A stretch of DNA of 59,259 nucleotides from contig JALOTQ010000002.1 of assembly GCA_025457815.1 (NCBI GenBank), positions 1 through 59,259 on the forward strand, in the 5' to 3' direction. The DNA comes from Thermoplasmata archaeon. Its GTDB lineage: Archaea > Thermoplasmatota > Thermoplasmata > UBA10834. The notes below the pieces were generated by a model. The model worked only from the letters and a program-made list of their open reading frames with translations. It was not told where the DNA came from and made no database searches. Every line of letters begins with the position of its first letter. Positions within the stretch are counted from its first letter, which is position 1. This document shows, piece by piece, positions 17,051 to 28,641 of the stretch. The position numbers were made by a program, and so were the translations under genes.

Positions 17051-18430
17051 GTGGCGAGTGTTTCTCAGCCAGCATCGCCGCCTGAAGCCGAAGAAAGATG
17101 TGCGATGTGCGGCACCATCATTCCGCAGCTTGGCAAATACTGTCCCACATGCGGCGCAATCAGACCGTCGATGAGGTACTCCGGCCTGCCTGAGGCGGGC
17201 AACAGGAGAGCGCCCGCGTACGGCTCACCGTACTACTACAAGAATAGGACAGACTGGCGCAGAATCATCAAGGCCATCGCCGCATTCGTGATGATCGTCT
17301 ATCTCTTCCAGCTGGCCTTTCAGATCGTCACACTGGTCTGGGGGGCAAAGCTTGTCGTACCGGACATTCTCGAGACTTGGTCGGGGGTCACTCTGTTCGT
17401 GATCATGCCGATCGTGGTCGATCTTCTCGAGATATCGGGCTACACTCTCGTCGTGTACTACTATTCCCTGATCGCGGCAATTGTGGCGAGCTGCCTCTGG
17501 ATATTCTTGACCAGTTTCTCCCAGTTCACCAAGGAGGCGAGGATGCGTGCCGAGTCGAGGCGCCACAGCGCTCTGTTCGACACGCTCGGCCTTTTCTTCG
17601 CGACACTCTTCTTCTCGGTGCTCATCGCCCTGCTCGTTCAGCCATCATCCGACGAGGTCCCGTCACCGACCGTCCTGTCGGATAGCCTCTTCCTGCTGGC
17701 AAACGCCTCTGTGTGGGAGGAGCTCGTCACCCGCGTTCTGTTGATCGGCGTACCTCTCCTGGCATGGGCCTTGCTCCGGAGTTCGCGCAAGAACAGGATA
17801 TACTCCTACTTCCTGGGAGGGGGATTCAAGATGAACCTCCCGGAGGTCACGCTGATACTCGTCTCGTCCGTCATCTTCGGTTTCGCGCACTTCGAAGGCG
17901 GATGGGGGGCGTGGAAGATAGTCCCCACGACCGCGGCTGGGCTGGCATTCGGATACTTGTTCCTGAAGCACGGCCTCGCCGCCGCCATCATGATGCACTT
18001 CGCGACGGACTACCTAGCCCTGCCGCTTGAGGCGTTCTACTCCTTCGCACTGGAGATGATCCTCGGGCTCGGAGTGCTTCTGTGGCTCGCGTTCGGAGCC
18101 GTGTTCTTCGTCTACTACACGACTAGGATGCTCGAGTTCGTCACAGGCAGGAAGTATTTCGAGTTCGAACAACCGCAGCCCTCGCCTGGCGTGCAGGCGG
18201 CCTATGGCTACCCCCCTTCGTACCGCTACGCGCCAGTGAACCAGCAGCCCTGGCCCCTCCAGCCAGAGGGCGCAATCCCTCCGCCAGCTCCCGAGAGCGA
18301 CCCGTACAGGCAGTCGGTTCCGCAGAGTATGAGTATTGTCGGCAGATACGTGTGCCCCGCCTGTGGGCATACCGAGGCCAGATGGGTCAACGGGAGATTT
18401 CAGTGCCTCAGGTGCGGGAATCTATCGTAG
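17051..18430 (+). CDS. CPBP (CAAX/Abi) intramembrane metalloprotease with N- and C-terminal zinc ribbons
   Basis: EELVTR, FGFAH, HFATD; CAMC..CPTC and CPAC..CLRC. Confidence 0.87.
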   Translation: MASVSQPASPPEAEERCAMCGTIIPQLGKYCPTCGAIRPSMRYSGLPEAGNRRAPAYGSPYYYKNRTDWRRIIKAIAAFVMIVYLFQLAFQIVTLVWGAKLVVPDILETWSGVTLFVIMPIVVDLLEISGYTLVVYYYSLIAAIVASCLWIFLTSFSQFTKEARMRAESRRHSALFDTLGLFFATLFFSVLIALLVQPSSDEVPSPTVLSDSLFLLANASVWEELVTRVLLIGVPLLAWALLRSSRKNRIYSYFLGGGFKMNLPEVTLILVSSVIFGFAHFEGGWGAWKIVPTTAAGLAFGYLFLKHGLAAAIMMHFATDYLALPLEAFYSFALEMILGLGVLLWLAFGAVFFVYYTTRMLEFVTGRKYFEFEQPQPSPGVQAAYGYPPSYRYAPVNQQPWPLQPEGAIPPPAPESDPYRQSVPQSMSIVGRYVCPACGHTEARWVNGRFQCLRCGNLS

Positions 18431-19180
18431 GAGCCTCTCGAGTGTCCTCTTGCTATCAGTCCCGCTTTCGAGGTCGGTCGCTTCCACAATGATGTTGCCC
18501 TTGTAAGACCGTTTAAGGACAGAGACGACTTTGGCGAGGTCTGCGGAGCCGTCATCAACCTTGTTATGTTGATCCCACTGACCTTCGTTATTGTGAAGAT
18601 GCACGTTGGCGAACCTGTCTACGAGCGCAAGCATCTGGTCGAGCTGCCCGGCCGTGTTCGCGTGGCCCATGTCGAAACATATGCCGATCCCCGAGTCTCC
18701 GATCGCCTCGAGCAGCTCAGAGGCAGAAGTGCAGGTCGCGTTTATGTTCGCAGGCATGTTCTCGAGCGCGATTCTCACTGAGTGTTCTCGGGCGACCGCG
18801 GCCAAGGACATCACGCTCGCCTTCGTCGTCTCTAGCGCCCTGGCTCTGTTGAGGAACGCGATGCCCTGAACAAATCCCGGATGAACGGTGACCATGTCGA
18901 TGTCGAGCTGCCTGCATATCTGGATCGTCTGCTTGATCTCATCTAGCGCGGCCCGACGCATAGGTTCGTGGACGCTTCCTATGTTCACGTCGCTGAGCGG
19001 CGCGTGGACCTGGAACTTCATGTTGAACGAGGTCTTGCCATACCTGATCTCGTCCTTCACGACCTCCAGCCTGTCCTCTCCTTCAGAGAGGATCTCCCAG
19101 AGCCTGAAATGCTTCGATATGCTCTCGAGCGTGCTCGCGAAGGGCGTGATGCAGAAGGTTGGCGAACCTATGCCGATCAT
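18422..19180 (-). CDS. Sugar phosphate isomerase/epimerase family TIM barrel (AP endonuclease 2 fold)
   Basis: VHAP..N, VTVHPG, IALENM, CFDMGHA, VHLHNN..DQH, IVE. Confidence 0.88.
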   Translation of the reverse strand: MIGIGSPTFCITPFASTLESISKHFRLWEILSEGEDRLEVVKDEIRYGKTSFNMKFQVHAPLSDVNIGSVHEPMRRAALDEIKQTIQICRQLDIDMVTVHPGFVQGIAFLNRARALETTKASVMSLAAVAREHSVRIALENMPANINATCTSASELLEAIGDSGIGICFDMGHANTAGQLDQMLALVDRFANVHLHNNEGQWDQHNKVDDGSADLAKVVSVLKRSYKGNIIVEATDLESGTDSKRTLERLLR

Positions 19181-19557
19181 GCGCCTCTCTCCAATCTCGT
19201 GTTTGGCGCAATCGAATCTATGACGGCGGCGATGTCGTCGGAGACAATGGTAACTTCTATGTCGCCCAGAGGATGGTCCTCCTCTGAGAACGACATCTTC
19301 CCTATGGCTGCCACCTGTTTGTTCAGCCTGAACCTCGTCATATTGCCCCGGACGCCGCGCCTCAGGACTGCACGGGCGGCGTCGCGAATCCGCTGCCTCT
19401 TCAGGAGTTCGGCGAACATGTCCGTGGAGGATGCCGACGCTTCGATCGGGTCCTCGCCACTTATGACGGCATCCGGGAACGCCGATGTGATGGAGCCGAT
19501 AACCTTCGCCCGGTCCTCGGTCGGAAAACATCTCGCGCTCAGGTGGACTTCCGCCAT
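19177..19557 (-). CDS. UPF0201/DUF54 RNA-binding protein
   Basis: PTED..KV, QRIRDAAR, FRLNKQVA, PLGDIEV. Confidence 0.87.
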   Translation of the reverse strand: MAEVHLSARCFPTEDRAKVIGSITSAFPDAVISGEDPIEASASSTDMFAELLKRQRIRDAARAVLRRGVRGNMTRFRLNKQVAAIGKMSFSEEDHPLGDIEVTIVSDDIAAVIDSIAPNTRLERGA

Positions 19558-19611
19558 GAGCCAGCCATATTAGAAAAGATATTTAAAGACGTCCGCGCTA
19601 GGATTGGCGAA

Positions 19612-21054
19612 ATGAAGAATCGCATCCTGAAGGTCTTCGCGCAAAAAGGGATCCTTGTAGATCCAGATGCTCTCGACGCGCTGACCAAGGCCCCTGATGC
19701 GATGAAATGCGTGAATCACATCCTTGATGACCCAGACAGGCCTCTGATCCTGACGAAGGACGACGTTGAGAACTACCTCACATGCCAGCCGAAGGCGCGA
19801 CCCAAGGCGCGCGCAGAGGAGCCGAAAACCGAACCACCGGCTGCAGACCTGATGCCAGGTGAGGTCAAGGTGGTCAAGGACATAACCGGGGGGTCGACCT
19901 GTGTCGGCAATGTGATAGACTTCGCGAAGCTGTTCAACGACAGGTACCTCACTCTGAGGAAGTTGCTCCAGAAGAGGAGAGAGCTCTCTGGCCTGGTCAG
20001 CATATCAAAGGCGAAGAAGGTCCAGAGGGACGTGCGGTTCGTCGGCATAGTCAATGACGCAAGGGAAACCAAGAACGGTCATACGATGCTGGAACTCGAG
20101 GACGAAGACGACAAGGTGCAGGTTCTCCTGATGAAGGGTGTCAAGAGGTCCGCTGACTACTACATCAATGACGAGGTGCTCGGCGTGGTCGGGTCTTTCA
20201 GCAGGGACGGGGACATCGTCGTTGCCAAGGAGATCATCCATCCCGATGTGCCGGTCAACAGCGGCATGACTCCGAACGGTTCCAGATCCGTGCTAGCTTT
20301 CGTGTCTGACATACACGTTGGGAGCACTGAGTTCTTGTCCGAGGGATGGAACAGATTCGTGTCTTGGCTGAACAAGGATCCAGCTGCTGAGGAAATCAGG
20401 TACATCCTGATGCCCGGCGACCTCGTCGACGGGATAGGGATATATCCAGGTCAGGAAGACGAACTGCTCATCGAGGACATCTATGATCAGTATCAGGAGC
20501 TCGCGAAGCTCGTCTCCAACATCCCAAAGCGCATCAAGATAATCATGATGCCCGGGAACCACGACGCCGTTCGCCTTGCAGAGCCCCAGCCCGCGCTGCC
20601 CAAGGAGGTCGAGTCGATGTTCGACCCTGGGACAATCTTCGTCGGGAACCCGTGCTATCTCGAGATCGAGGGCAGAAGCGTTCTCGCATACCATGGAAGG
20701 AGCATGGACGACTTCGTCGGAAACGTGCGGAACCTCTCGCACAGCCGGCCCGAAGAAATCATGAAAGAGATGCTGAGGCGAAGGCACATGGCGCCGATCT
20801 ACGGCGAGAGGACGGCCCTGGCGCCTGAGCAGAAGGACTACCTTGTCATAGACAAGGTCCCCGACATATTCGTCACCGGGCACGTCCACGTGTGTTCGAT
20901 AGGGGAGTACAGAGGGATCAAGCTCATAAACGCCTCAGCGTGGCAGAGCCAAACCGGATATCAGCGGATGCACAACCAGATACCGGACCCGTGCAAGGTC
21001 CCCATGATAGACCTCGGGTCGGGCAAGATGTGGGTCGAGGATTTCTCGAGCTGA
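19612..21054 (+). CDS. polB: DNA polymerase D small subunit DP1 (3'-5' exonuclease)
   Basis: OB fold plus calcineurin-like PDE motifs SDIHVGS, GDLVDGIGIYPGQ, PGNHD, YHG, TGHVH. Confidence 0.96.
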   Translation: MKNRILKVFAQKGILVDPDALDALTKAPDAMKCVNHILDDPDRPLILTKDDVENYLTCQPKARPKARAEEPKTEPPAADLMPGEVKVVKDITGGSTCVGNVIDFAKLFNDRYLTLRKLLQKRRELSGLVSISKAKKVQRDVRFVGIVNDARETKNGHTMLELEDEDDKVQVLLMKGVKRSADYYINDEVLGVVGSFSRDGDIVVAKEIIHPDVPVNSGMTPNGSRSVLAFVSDIHVGSTEFLSEGWNRFVSWLNKDPAAEEIRYILMPGDLVDGIGIYPGQEDELLIEDIYDQYQELAKLVSNIPKRIKIIMMPGNHDAVRLAEPQPALPKEVESMFDPGTIFVGNPCYLEIEGRSVLAYHGRSMDDFVGNVRNLSHSRPEEIMKEMLRRRHMAPIYGERTALAPEQKDYLVIDKVPDIFVTGHVHVCSIGEYRGIKLINASAWQSQTGYQRMHNQIPDPCKVPMIDLGSGKMWVEDFSS

Positions 21055-21089
21055 CATCCCGTGAAAGGATTGATATCCACTAAGCAGCA

Positions 21090-22472
21090 TTGCTGGGCGT
21101 GCGCGAGCTGGACCCGTTCTTCAATCCAAAATCGGTAGCCGTCATCGGGGCCACCCCGACATCTGGCAAGATCGGCAACATCCTCATCGAGAACCTGTTC
21201 AGCGACAAGTTCGCAGGAAGGATACATCTAGTCAACCCCAACTACAAGGAGATACTCGGGATACCGTGCTATCCGTCGATCCTGGAGTGCCCAGAGGTCG
21301 TCGACATGGCGGTCATAGTCGTCCCCGCCAAGCTCGTCCCAGAGGTGATGGAGCAGACTGGACGGAAGGGCGTGAAATGCGTGACGATAATCTCCGCGGG
21401 GTTCTCCGAAGGGGACGCGGAGGGAAAGGCCAGGGAGAAGCAGGTCGTCGACATTGCGACGAAGTACAAGATCCGATTCGTCGGACCGAATTCGCTGGGT
21501 GTCATCTCGCCCCACGTTCACATGAACGCGTCCTTCGCGAGAACGGCGCCCATGGCAGGCTCCATCGCGTTCTTCTCACAGAGCGGTGCGTTCTGCACCG
21601 CGGCCATCGAATACTCGATCGGCGAGATGCTTGGTTTCTCCGCATTTGTGAGCTCTGGGAACAAGGCCGATATCGACGACGCGGACTTGGTCAACCATTT
21701 CGCAAACGACCGCAAATCGAAGTGCATCGCCGCGTACATGGAGGCGACGAGGAAGGGGCAGGAGCTCTTCAAGGCCCTCGACAAGGCCTCCAAGAAGAAG
21801 CCAATCGTGATCCTCAAGGCCGGCAGGTCGAAACGGGGAGCCAAGGCCGCGAGCTCGCACACGGGCGCGCTCGCAGGCTCGGACGCTGCCTTCGACGCCG
21901 TCTTCAAGCAGACGGGAGTGTACAGGGCCAGGACCATGTTCGAACTGTTCGACGCCGCGCAGGCTCTCGCCAACCAGCCGCCTCTGGTAGATGACGGCAT
22001 AGCGATAGTAACGAACGCAGGCGGGATGGGAGTCATCGCCACGGACTATGCTGAGGAGATGGGGCTCGAGCTCGCGGACCTGTCCAATCAGACACTTGAG
22101 GAGATCGGCAAGGCCTGCCCCCCTACCTGGAGCTGGGGGAACCCGATTGACATCATCGGAGATGCGGACACCGCCAGATACGCCAACGTCCTCAAGGCCG
22201 TCGGTCAGGCTCCAGAGGTGAAGGGCATACTCGTCATAGCCGCGAGACAGGCCGCCACGAACCTCTTCGAGATAGCCAAATGGATCTCGATCACATCGAA
22301 GCTGAGCGGAAAACCGACCGTGGGTTGCTTCGCCGGGATCGAGGATGCCGAATCCGAGAGCTTCCTCGACGCGAGGGGGATTCCTGTCATGCCAGTTCCG
22401 GAGAGGGCGATAACCGCCTTGCACGCGCTTTCTGTCCGAGGCAAGTTCCTCAAGAAGAAGGGCCTTCTCTGA
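21090..22472 (+). CDS. acdA: ADP-forming acyl-CoA synthetase alpha subunit
   Basis: PKSVAVIGA, GPNSLG, SQSGA, AASSHTGALAGSD (phospho-His), TNAGG, NPIDIIGDA. Confidence 0.93.
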   Translation: MLGVRELDPFFNPKSVAVIGATPTSGKIGNILIENLFSDKFAGRIHLVNPNYKEILGIPCYPSILECPEVVDMAVIVVPAKLVPEVMEQTGRKGVKCVTIISAGFSEGDAEGKAREKQVVDIATKYKIRFVGPNSLGVISPHVHMNASFARTAPMAGSIAFFSQSGAFCTAAIEYSIGEMLGFSAFVSSGNKADIDDADLVNHFANDRKSKCIAAYMEATRKGQELFKALDKASKKKPIVILKAGRSKRGAKAASSHTGALAGSDAAFDAVFKQTGVYRARTMFELFDAAQALANQPPLVDDGIAIVTNAGGMGVIATDYAEEMGLELADLSNQTLEEIGKACPPTWSWGNPIDIIGDADTARYANVLKAVGQAPEVKGILVIAARQAATNLFEIAKWISITSKLSGKPTVGCFAGIEDAESESFLDARGIPVMPVPERAITALHALSVRGKFLKKKGLL

Positions 22473-22490
22473 CGGCCGACGCATTCCTGC

Positions 22491-22601
22491 TCAGCCGAAG
22501 ATGTCCATGAACAGCACCACCACGCCGATGCCGATGAACACGATCCCCGCGATGAACCCCACCCAGAAGAGCTTCATCATGAGCACTCTGTCGTGAAGCA
22601 T
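22491..22601 (-). CDS. 36-aa single-TM peptide directly downstream of atpD, not in ORF track
   Basis: Hand translation MLHDRVLMMKLFWVGFIAGIVFIGIGVVVLFMDIFG; G/C-ending codons; 19 nt after the atpD stop. Confidence 0.7.
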   Translation of the reverse strand: MLHDRVLMMKLFWVGFIAGIVFIGIGVVVLFMDIFG

Positions 22602-22620
22602 CTCTTCCAGGGTCGTACGC

Positions 22621-23262
22621 TCAGGCCTCCGCCGCCTTTGCCGTCTTGGCCTTTATGCGCTTCAGCCTGAAGGTGTTGTCCCGCTCCATCTCCTCGAGCC
22701 TGAACCGTATGAAGCGCTCGATTTCCTCCAACTCTGGAAGGACCTTGAACTCGAGGGCGTTGACTCGCCGTTTCGTGCGTTCGATCTCCTCGATGAGCTT
22801 CTTCATGGTGGTCTCGAGCTCCGCGGCTTTGACGACCGTCTCTACGAGCTTCTCGAAGGCGTCGGTCGCCTCGTCTATCCTGGGCGAGGTCCCGATGATG
22901 CCGTAGCCTCGCTCAGGCAATGGCGCCACGATCTTGTTGGACTTGATGTCGGGGACCACGACGCCCATGAGGTTCCTGCTCCTGAGCTGTATCTCGGGGT
23001 GGCCAGTGAGAGCGTATGAGGCGGACCTCACTGCGATGATGCCGTCGACGGCGCTCGCTATGGCGATCTTCTCGCGCGCGTCCTTGTAGCGATTCGCGAT
23101 CTCCTGCCTGAGGTCCTTCGCCTGGTCGAGTATCTTGAAGAACTCCAGTATGAGCCCGTCACGCTTCAGCTTCAGTATCTTGTAGCCGTTCTGGGTCAGC
23201 TTGATCTTCTTCGTGACCTCGAGGAGCTCGGATCTTGTCGGCTGTATCTCTCGCACCGGCAT
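22621..23262 (-). CDS. atpD: A-type ATP synthase subunit D
   Basis: PTRSELL..GYKILKLKRDGL, TKRRVNALEF, LEEMER. Confidence 0.96.
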   Translation of the reverse strand: MPVREIQPTRSELLEVTKKIKLTQNGYKILKLKRDGLILEFFKILDQAKDLRQEIANRYKDAREKIAIASAVDGIIAVRSASYALTGHPEIQLRSRNLMGVVVPDIKSNKIVAPLPERGYGIIGTSPRIDEATDAFEKLVETVVKAAELETTMKKLIEEIERTKRRVNALEFKVLPELEEIERFIRFRLEEMERDNTFRLKRIKAKTAKAAEA

Positions 23263-23269
23263 CTTGGCA

Positions 23270-24646
<1,377 letters not shown>

Positions 24647-24651
24647 GCCCA

Positions 24652-26388
24652 TCACACCCCCAATCCTGCGAACTGTTTCTCGATCTCCGCTGACACCTTC
24701 TTGAGGTCTTGGTCGATAGCCTCTTCGAACTTCAGCTTGCCCAGGTCTGACCTGCAGGGCAGGGAGACTATCTTCTCGAGCGGCACCTCGAGCGATACCG
24801 CCTTCTTCGCGTGCTCGGAGAACTTCCTGATGGCGCTCATGTACTCGTACTGCCTCTTCAGCGGGCTGTACGTGTCCACTGGGTGGTAGGCGCTCTGCTG
24901 CAGGAAGAACTCCCTTATCATCCTAGCGACTTCGAGCGTCAGCCTCTGCTCCTCCGGAAGGGCATCGGAGCCGACGAGCTGGACGATCTCCTGGAGCTCC
25001 GATTCCTTCTGGAGAGTCTCCATCGCCCACAGTCTCACCGCGTTCCAGTCCTCGGAGATGTTCTTCCTATACCAGTCCTCGAGGATCGGGCTGTAGAGGC
25101 TGTACGATGTGAGCCAGTTGATCGCAGGGAAGTGCCTCCGCTCTCTCAGCTTGGAGTCGAGGGCCCAGAAGACCTTGACGATCCTCAGCGTGTTCTGCGT
25201 CACCGGCTCGCTGAAATCTCCGCCTGAGGGAGAGACCGCGCCGATGACTGATATCGAGCCGATGTTCCCAGACAGTGTCTTGACCCTGCCGCATCGCTCG
25301 TAGAATTCCGACAGCCTCGCGGCGAGATACGCAGGATATCCTTCCTCGCCAGGCATCTCCTCAAGCCTCGAGGATATCTCTCTCATCGCCTCGGCCCATC
25401 TCGATGTTGAGTCGGCCATGAGTGAGACATCGTAGCCCATGTCCCTGTAGTACTCCGCGATCGTTATGCCGGTGTACACCGAGGCTTCTCTTGCCGCGAC
25501 GGGCATGTTCGAGGTGTTCGCGACGAGCACCGTCCTGCCCATGAGCGGCTTGCCCGTCTTCGGGTCTTCGAGCTCCGGGAAGCTAGTGAGAACCTCGGTC
25601 ATTTCGTTCCCTCTTTCGCCGCAACCGACGTAGATGACTATCTGCGCGTCGCTCCACTTCGACAGCTGCTGCGAGGTAACCGTCTTGCCCGTGCCGAATC
25701 CGCCGGGGATGGCCGCAGTGCCTCCCTTCGCGAGCGGGAAAAGCATGTCCAGAACCCTCTGGCCAGTGACCAGAGGGATGTCGGGCAACAGCTTGTCAAC
25801 GTAAGGTCTTGACTGTCTGACCGGCCAGCGCTGCATGAGCTGTATCTTGGTGCCGTTGTCGAGTTCGCCGATCGTGTCCTCTATCGTGAACTCGCCCTCC
25901 GAAATGTTCTTCAGCTTCCCCTTGGCCTTCGGCGGCAGGAGAACCTTGTGGACGATGTTGCCCTCTGGAATCTCGCCCAAGACGGCTCCGCCCTCAAGGG
26001 CAGCGCCCTTCTTGACGGTCGGGGTGAACTTCCATTTCGTCTTCCGGTCGAGGCCGGGGGCGGTCACTCCTCTCGACACGAAGTCCCCCTGTTTGTCCCT
26101 GAGGACCGGGAGCGGCCTCTGGACGCCGTCGTAGACGCTGGACAGCAGTCCCGGGCCGAGCTCCACCTGGAGCGGCGCGCCAGTGTCCACGACTTCCTCC
26201 CCGGGCCTGATCCCTGAGGTGTCCTCGTAGACCTGAATGACCGTCTTGTTGCCGACCAGCTTGATGACCTCGCCCATGAGCTTGAGCTCACCGACGAGGA
26301 CGACATCGTACATCCTCGGGGAGATACCCTCAGCGGTGACGACTGGTCCTGCAACCCTGCTTATCTTGCCCTTCTTCTGATCTGCCAT
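24652..26388 (-). CDS. atpA: A-type ATP synthase subunit A (no intein)
   Basis: [41 protein letters not shown]. Confidence 0.98.
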   Translation of the reverse strand: MADQKKGKISRVAGPVVTAEGISPRMYDVVLVGELKLMGEVIKLVGNKTVIQVYEDTSGIRPGEEVVDTGAPLQVELGPGLLSSVYDGVQRPLPVLRDKQGDFVSRGVTAPGLDRKTKWKFTPTVKKGAALEGGAVLGEIPEGNIVHKVLLPPKAKGKLKNISEGEFTIEDTIGELDNGTKIQLMQRWPVRQSRPYVDKLLPDIPLVTGQRVLDMLFPLAKGGTAAIPGGFGTGKTVTSQQLSKWSDAQIVIYVGCGERGNEMTEVLTSFPELEDPKTGKPLMGRTVLVANTSNMPVAAREASVYTGITIAEYYRDMGYDVSLMADSTSRWAEAMREISSRLEEMPGEEGYPAYLAARLSEFYERCGRVKTLSGNIGSISVIGAVSPSGGDFSEPVTQNTLRIVKVFWALDSKLRERRHFPAINWLTSYSLYSPILEDWYRKNISEDWNAVRLWAMETLQKESELQEIVQLVGSDALPEEQRLTLEVARMIREFFLQQSAYHPVDTYSPLKRQYEYMSAIRKFSEHAKKAVSLEVPLEKIVSLPCRSDLGKLKFEEAIDQDLKKVSAEIEKQFAGLGV

Positions 26389-26402
26389 ACGATCCGCTCC
26401 TA

Positions 26403-26702
26403 TCACTTCGATTTGTACAGGTCGATTCCCATCGCCCTTCGAACCTTATCTCTCATGTCCCCTTCCTCGAGGCCGACCGGTATGACGACCGGGTCGACGC
26501 TCTCCATCATCTTCGTGCGAAGCTGAGGGGGCAGCTTCTGCAGGTCGTCCTGATGGACTGCCAGTATGCCGACCTCGGGCTCGTCCATCACCTTGACGAT
26601 GGTCTCGAGAAGCCTGTCCGGCGTCACGCCGTAGACCTTCTTGATCCCGGCAAGCCTGAACCCCACGACGAACTCCTCCGAGCCGACGACTGCGATCTCC
26701 AT
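26403..26702 (-). CDS. atpF: A-type ATP synthase subunit F
   Basis: IAVVG..GFRLAGI, RAMGID; operon position. Confidence 0.95.
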   Translation of the reverse strand: MEIAVVGSEEFVVGFRLAGIKKVYGVTPDRLLETIVKVMDEPEVGILAVHQDDLQKLPPQLRTKMMESVDPVVIPVGLEEGDMRDKVRRAMGIDLYKSK

Positions 26703-26703
26703 G

Positions 26704-27768
26704 TCACACCACCAGCAGATTCTCGATGACCTTGGTCGGCAGGTTGTTTTCCTTGCCCCTCGCGATGATCCTTATGTTGTCCACTTCCACCTTCTTGCGT
26801 ATCATGTAGTTCACTATAGGCAGAACCGAGAGAGGGTAGAAGTGGGCGAACTTCTCGCTCTTGCCTATCAGCGACTTGTCCAACGCTATCGTTATCTCCG
26901 ACAGCTTCTTGTCAACCTTGAACTGCTCCAGGGCGGGCTTGATGGACTCCGACATCGAGGACTTCTCCAGCTCCTCGATTATGGGGTTCAGTCCTTCGGA
27001 CTGCGCCAGCCCTCTCAGCTTCTCGACGCTGAACTCAACGCCGCCTGGTATCAGGTACTTCGCAATCTTGTCCTCTGATATCCTTTCGGCCTTGAGCTTC
27101 AACAGGATCTTCATGTTCGTTACATCGACTTCGTGCCGCACGAAATCCCGGAGGATCTTGTCCGCGGTCTTCGTCGGTTCGATGGATTTCAGGAGGTCGT
27201 AGTAGAATGTCTGGTCCAGGTGGTCCTCAAGGCTCGCGAGCCTGCTCGTGTCCACGACCTCTCGCACCATTTCTGGCGTGAGGGCCAGAGATGGCTGGCT
27301 CGAGAGGGCGTCCATTATCTCCTGGACGGAAGTCATCTGGACGAGACCCTTCAGGTACGTCTCGGAGAATGCTCCCGCGGGGACCAGAGTGTCTACAATC
27401 TCCTCCTCCCGCACATTCGTGACTTTCCCTCTGAGAACTGTCTTGACGTTGAATGCATCCCAGCGCTTCAGGTAGCTGGCGACCATTTCGCGAAGGTGAC
27501 CCGTGGTGAAGCTGAGGATCGCGGAGTAAGTGGTCGCGAGGTTGCGGGTGACTGCGACTTCCACCAGGTTCCCTCCGGAATGCCGAGACGCGTACTTGGC
27601 CATCTCGTCCTTGTATTGGGTCTCGCCGAGGTACCTCCCAATCTCGAAGACGTCCATTACGAGCATCCTGGAATAGACGTCCTTTGAGAGGAGGAAGTGC
27701 TTCTTCGCCTTGACCCTGGTGCACGCATACGCATAGTTCCCCCCACGGCTGAGCCCGAATGTCCACAT
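26704..27768 (-). CDS. atpC: A-type ATP synthase subunit C
   Basis: YAYACTRVKA, EVDNIRIIARGK; operon position. Confidence 0.94.
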   Translation of the reverse strand: MWTFGLSRGGNYAYACTRVKAKKHFLLSKDVYSRMLVMDVFEIGRYLGETQYKDEMAKYASRHSGGNLVEVAVTRNLATTYSAILSFTTGHLREMVASYLKRWDAFNVKTVLRGKVTNVREEEIVDTLVPAGAFSETYLKGLVQMTSVQEIMDALSSQPSLALTPEMVREVVDTSRLASLEDHLDQTFYYDLLKSIEPTKTADKILRDFVRHEVDVTNMKILLKLKAERISEDKIAKYLIPGGVEFSVEKLRGLAQSEGLNPIIEELEKSSMSESIKPALEQFKVDKKLSEITIALDKSLIGKSEKFAHFYPLSVLPIVNYMIRKKVEVDNIRIIARGKENNLPTKVIENLLVV

Positions 27769-27776
27769 CTCTCAAT

Positions 27777-28334
27777 TCACCCGAACAACTTCGCGAATAT
27801 CTCCTGCATGTCCTTGTTCCAAATCTCGTCCACCATGCTCTCGAATCGGAAGTCGAGCCTGACGCTGCGGTCTTTGCTCTCGAACACAAGGCCTCCGCGG
27901 CAATCAATCTGCCCTCCGGCTGACAGCCCTGAGGTGAGCGAGAGGAGTGACTTGTCGTCCTTGTTTGTGTAGACGTAACACTCGCCTAGCTCCTTCTTCG
28001 CCCTAGCCGCGAGCTGGTTGTAGAGCTTCCTCCGCTTGTCCTTGGGGTACGCCTCGAGCTCCGCGAGAACCTGCTCCTTCAGCTCCTCCATGACCAGCCT
28101 CTGGGCGGCGAGGAGCGCCTTTTTGGATTCCAGCTCAGCGCTCGACAGCTCCTGCTGCTCCATCTGGACGATGAGCGCGTCAGTCCTGGTAAGCCCCTTC
28201 TTGCGGTCCTCCTCGACCTTCTTCTCGGCCTGGAAGATCGTATCATCCCGCTCCTTCTCGCCGAGCTTCAGGATCTCTCGCTTTCGCTCCTCGCCTCTGT
28301 GAAGGATATCCTCGACTACCTTGTCCAAGCTCAT
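27777..28334 (-). CDS. atpE: A-type ATP synthase subunit E
   Basis: MSLDKVVEDI coiled coil, GGLVFESKD..LDFRF..LFG. Confidence 0.93.
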   Translation of the reverse strand: MSLDKVVEDILHRGEERKREILKLGEKERDDTIFQAEKKVEEDRKKGLTRTDALIVQMEQQELSSAELESKKALLAAQRLVMEELKEQVLAELEAYPKDKRRKLYNQLAARAKKELGECYVYTNKDDKSLLSLTSGLSAGGQIDCRGGLVFESKDRSVRLDFRFESMVDEIWNKDMQEIFAKLFG

Positions 28335-28406
28335 CGTGTCCCAGCTCCTTCTCTAGGTCTTCGCACCGACCGCTCTTCTTCCGTTGCCACACGCATCAAG
28401 AGCCGT

Positions 28407-28628
28407 TCATGCCTTCGTGTACAGCAGGAACGCGATTGCCAGCCCGAATATCACGATTGTCTCGGAAATGACCATCAGAGTCAGGCCACGTCCGAACATC
28501 TTCGGGTTCTCTGCTGTCGCACCCACTGCTGCTGCTCCCACTTGCGCCTGCGCGACGCCAGTGCCGAGCCCCGCCACGCCAACGGCGATGCCGGCCCCAA
28601 CGAGCGCCAATCCGGTCCCAATATCCAT
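28407..28628 (-). CDS. atpK: A-type ATP synthase proteolipid subunit K (c), single hairpin
   Basis: Gly-rich helix, GVAQ, ISETIVIFG ion-binding Glu. Confidence 0.96.
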   Translation of the reverse strand: MDIGTGLALVGAGIAVGVAGLGTGVAQAQVGAAAVGATAENPKMFGRGLTLMVISETIVIFGLAIAFLLYTKA

Positions 28629-28641
28629 TTCTTTCGCCTCC

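Noticed and set aside
24652..26388. Possible inteins in AtpA, Cdc6, Cdc48, TFB or DP1
   Set aside because: All have normal lengths and continuous motifs; no splice-junction or LAGLIDADG blocks
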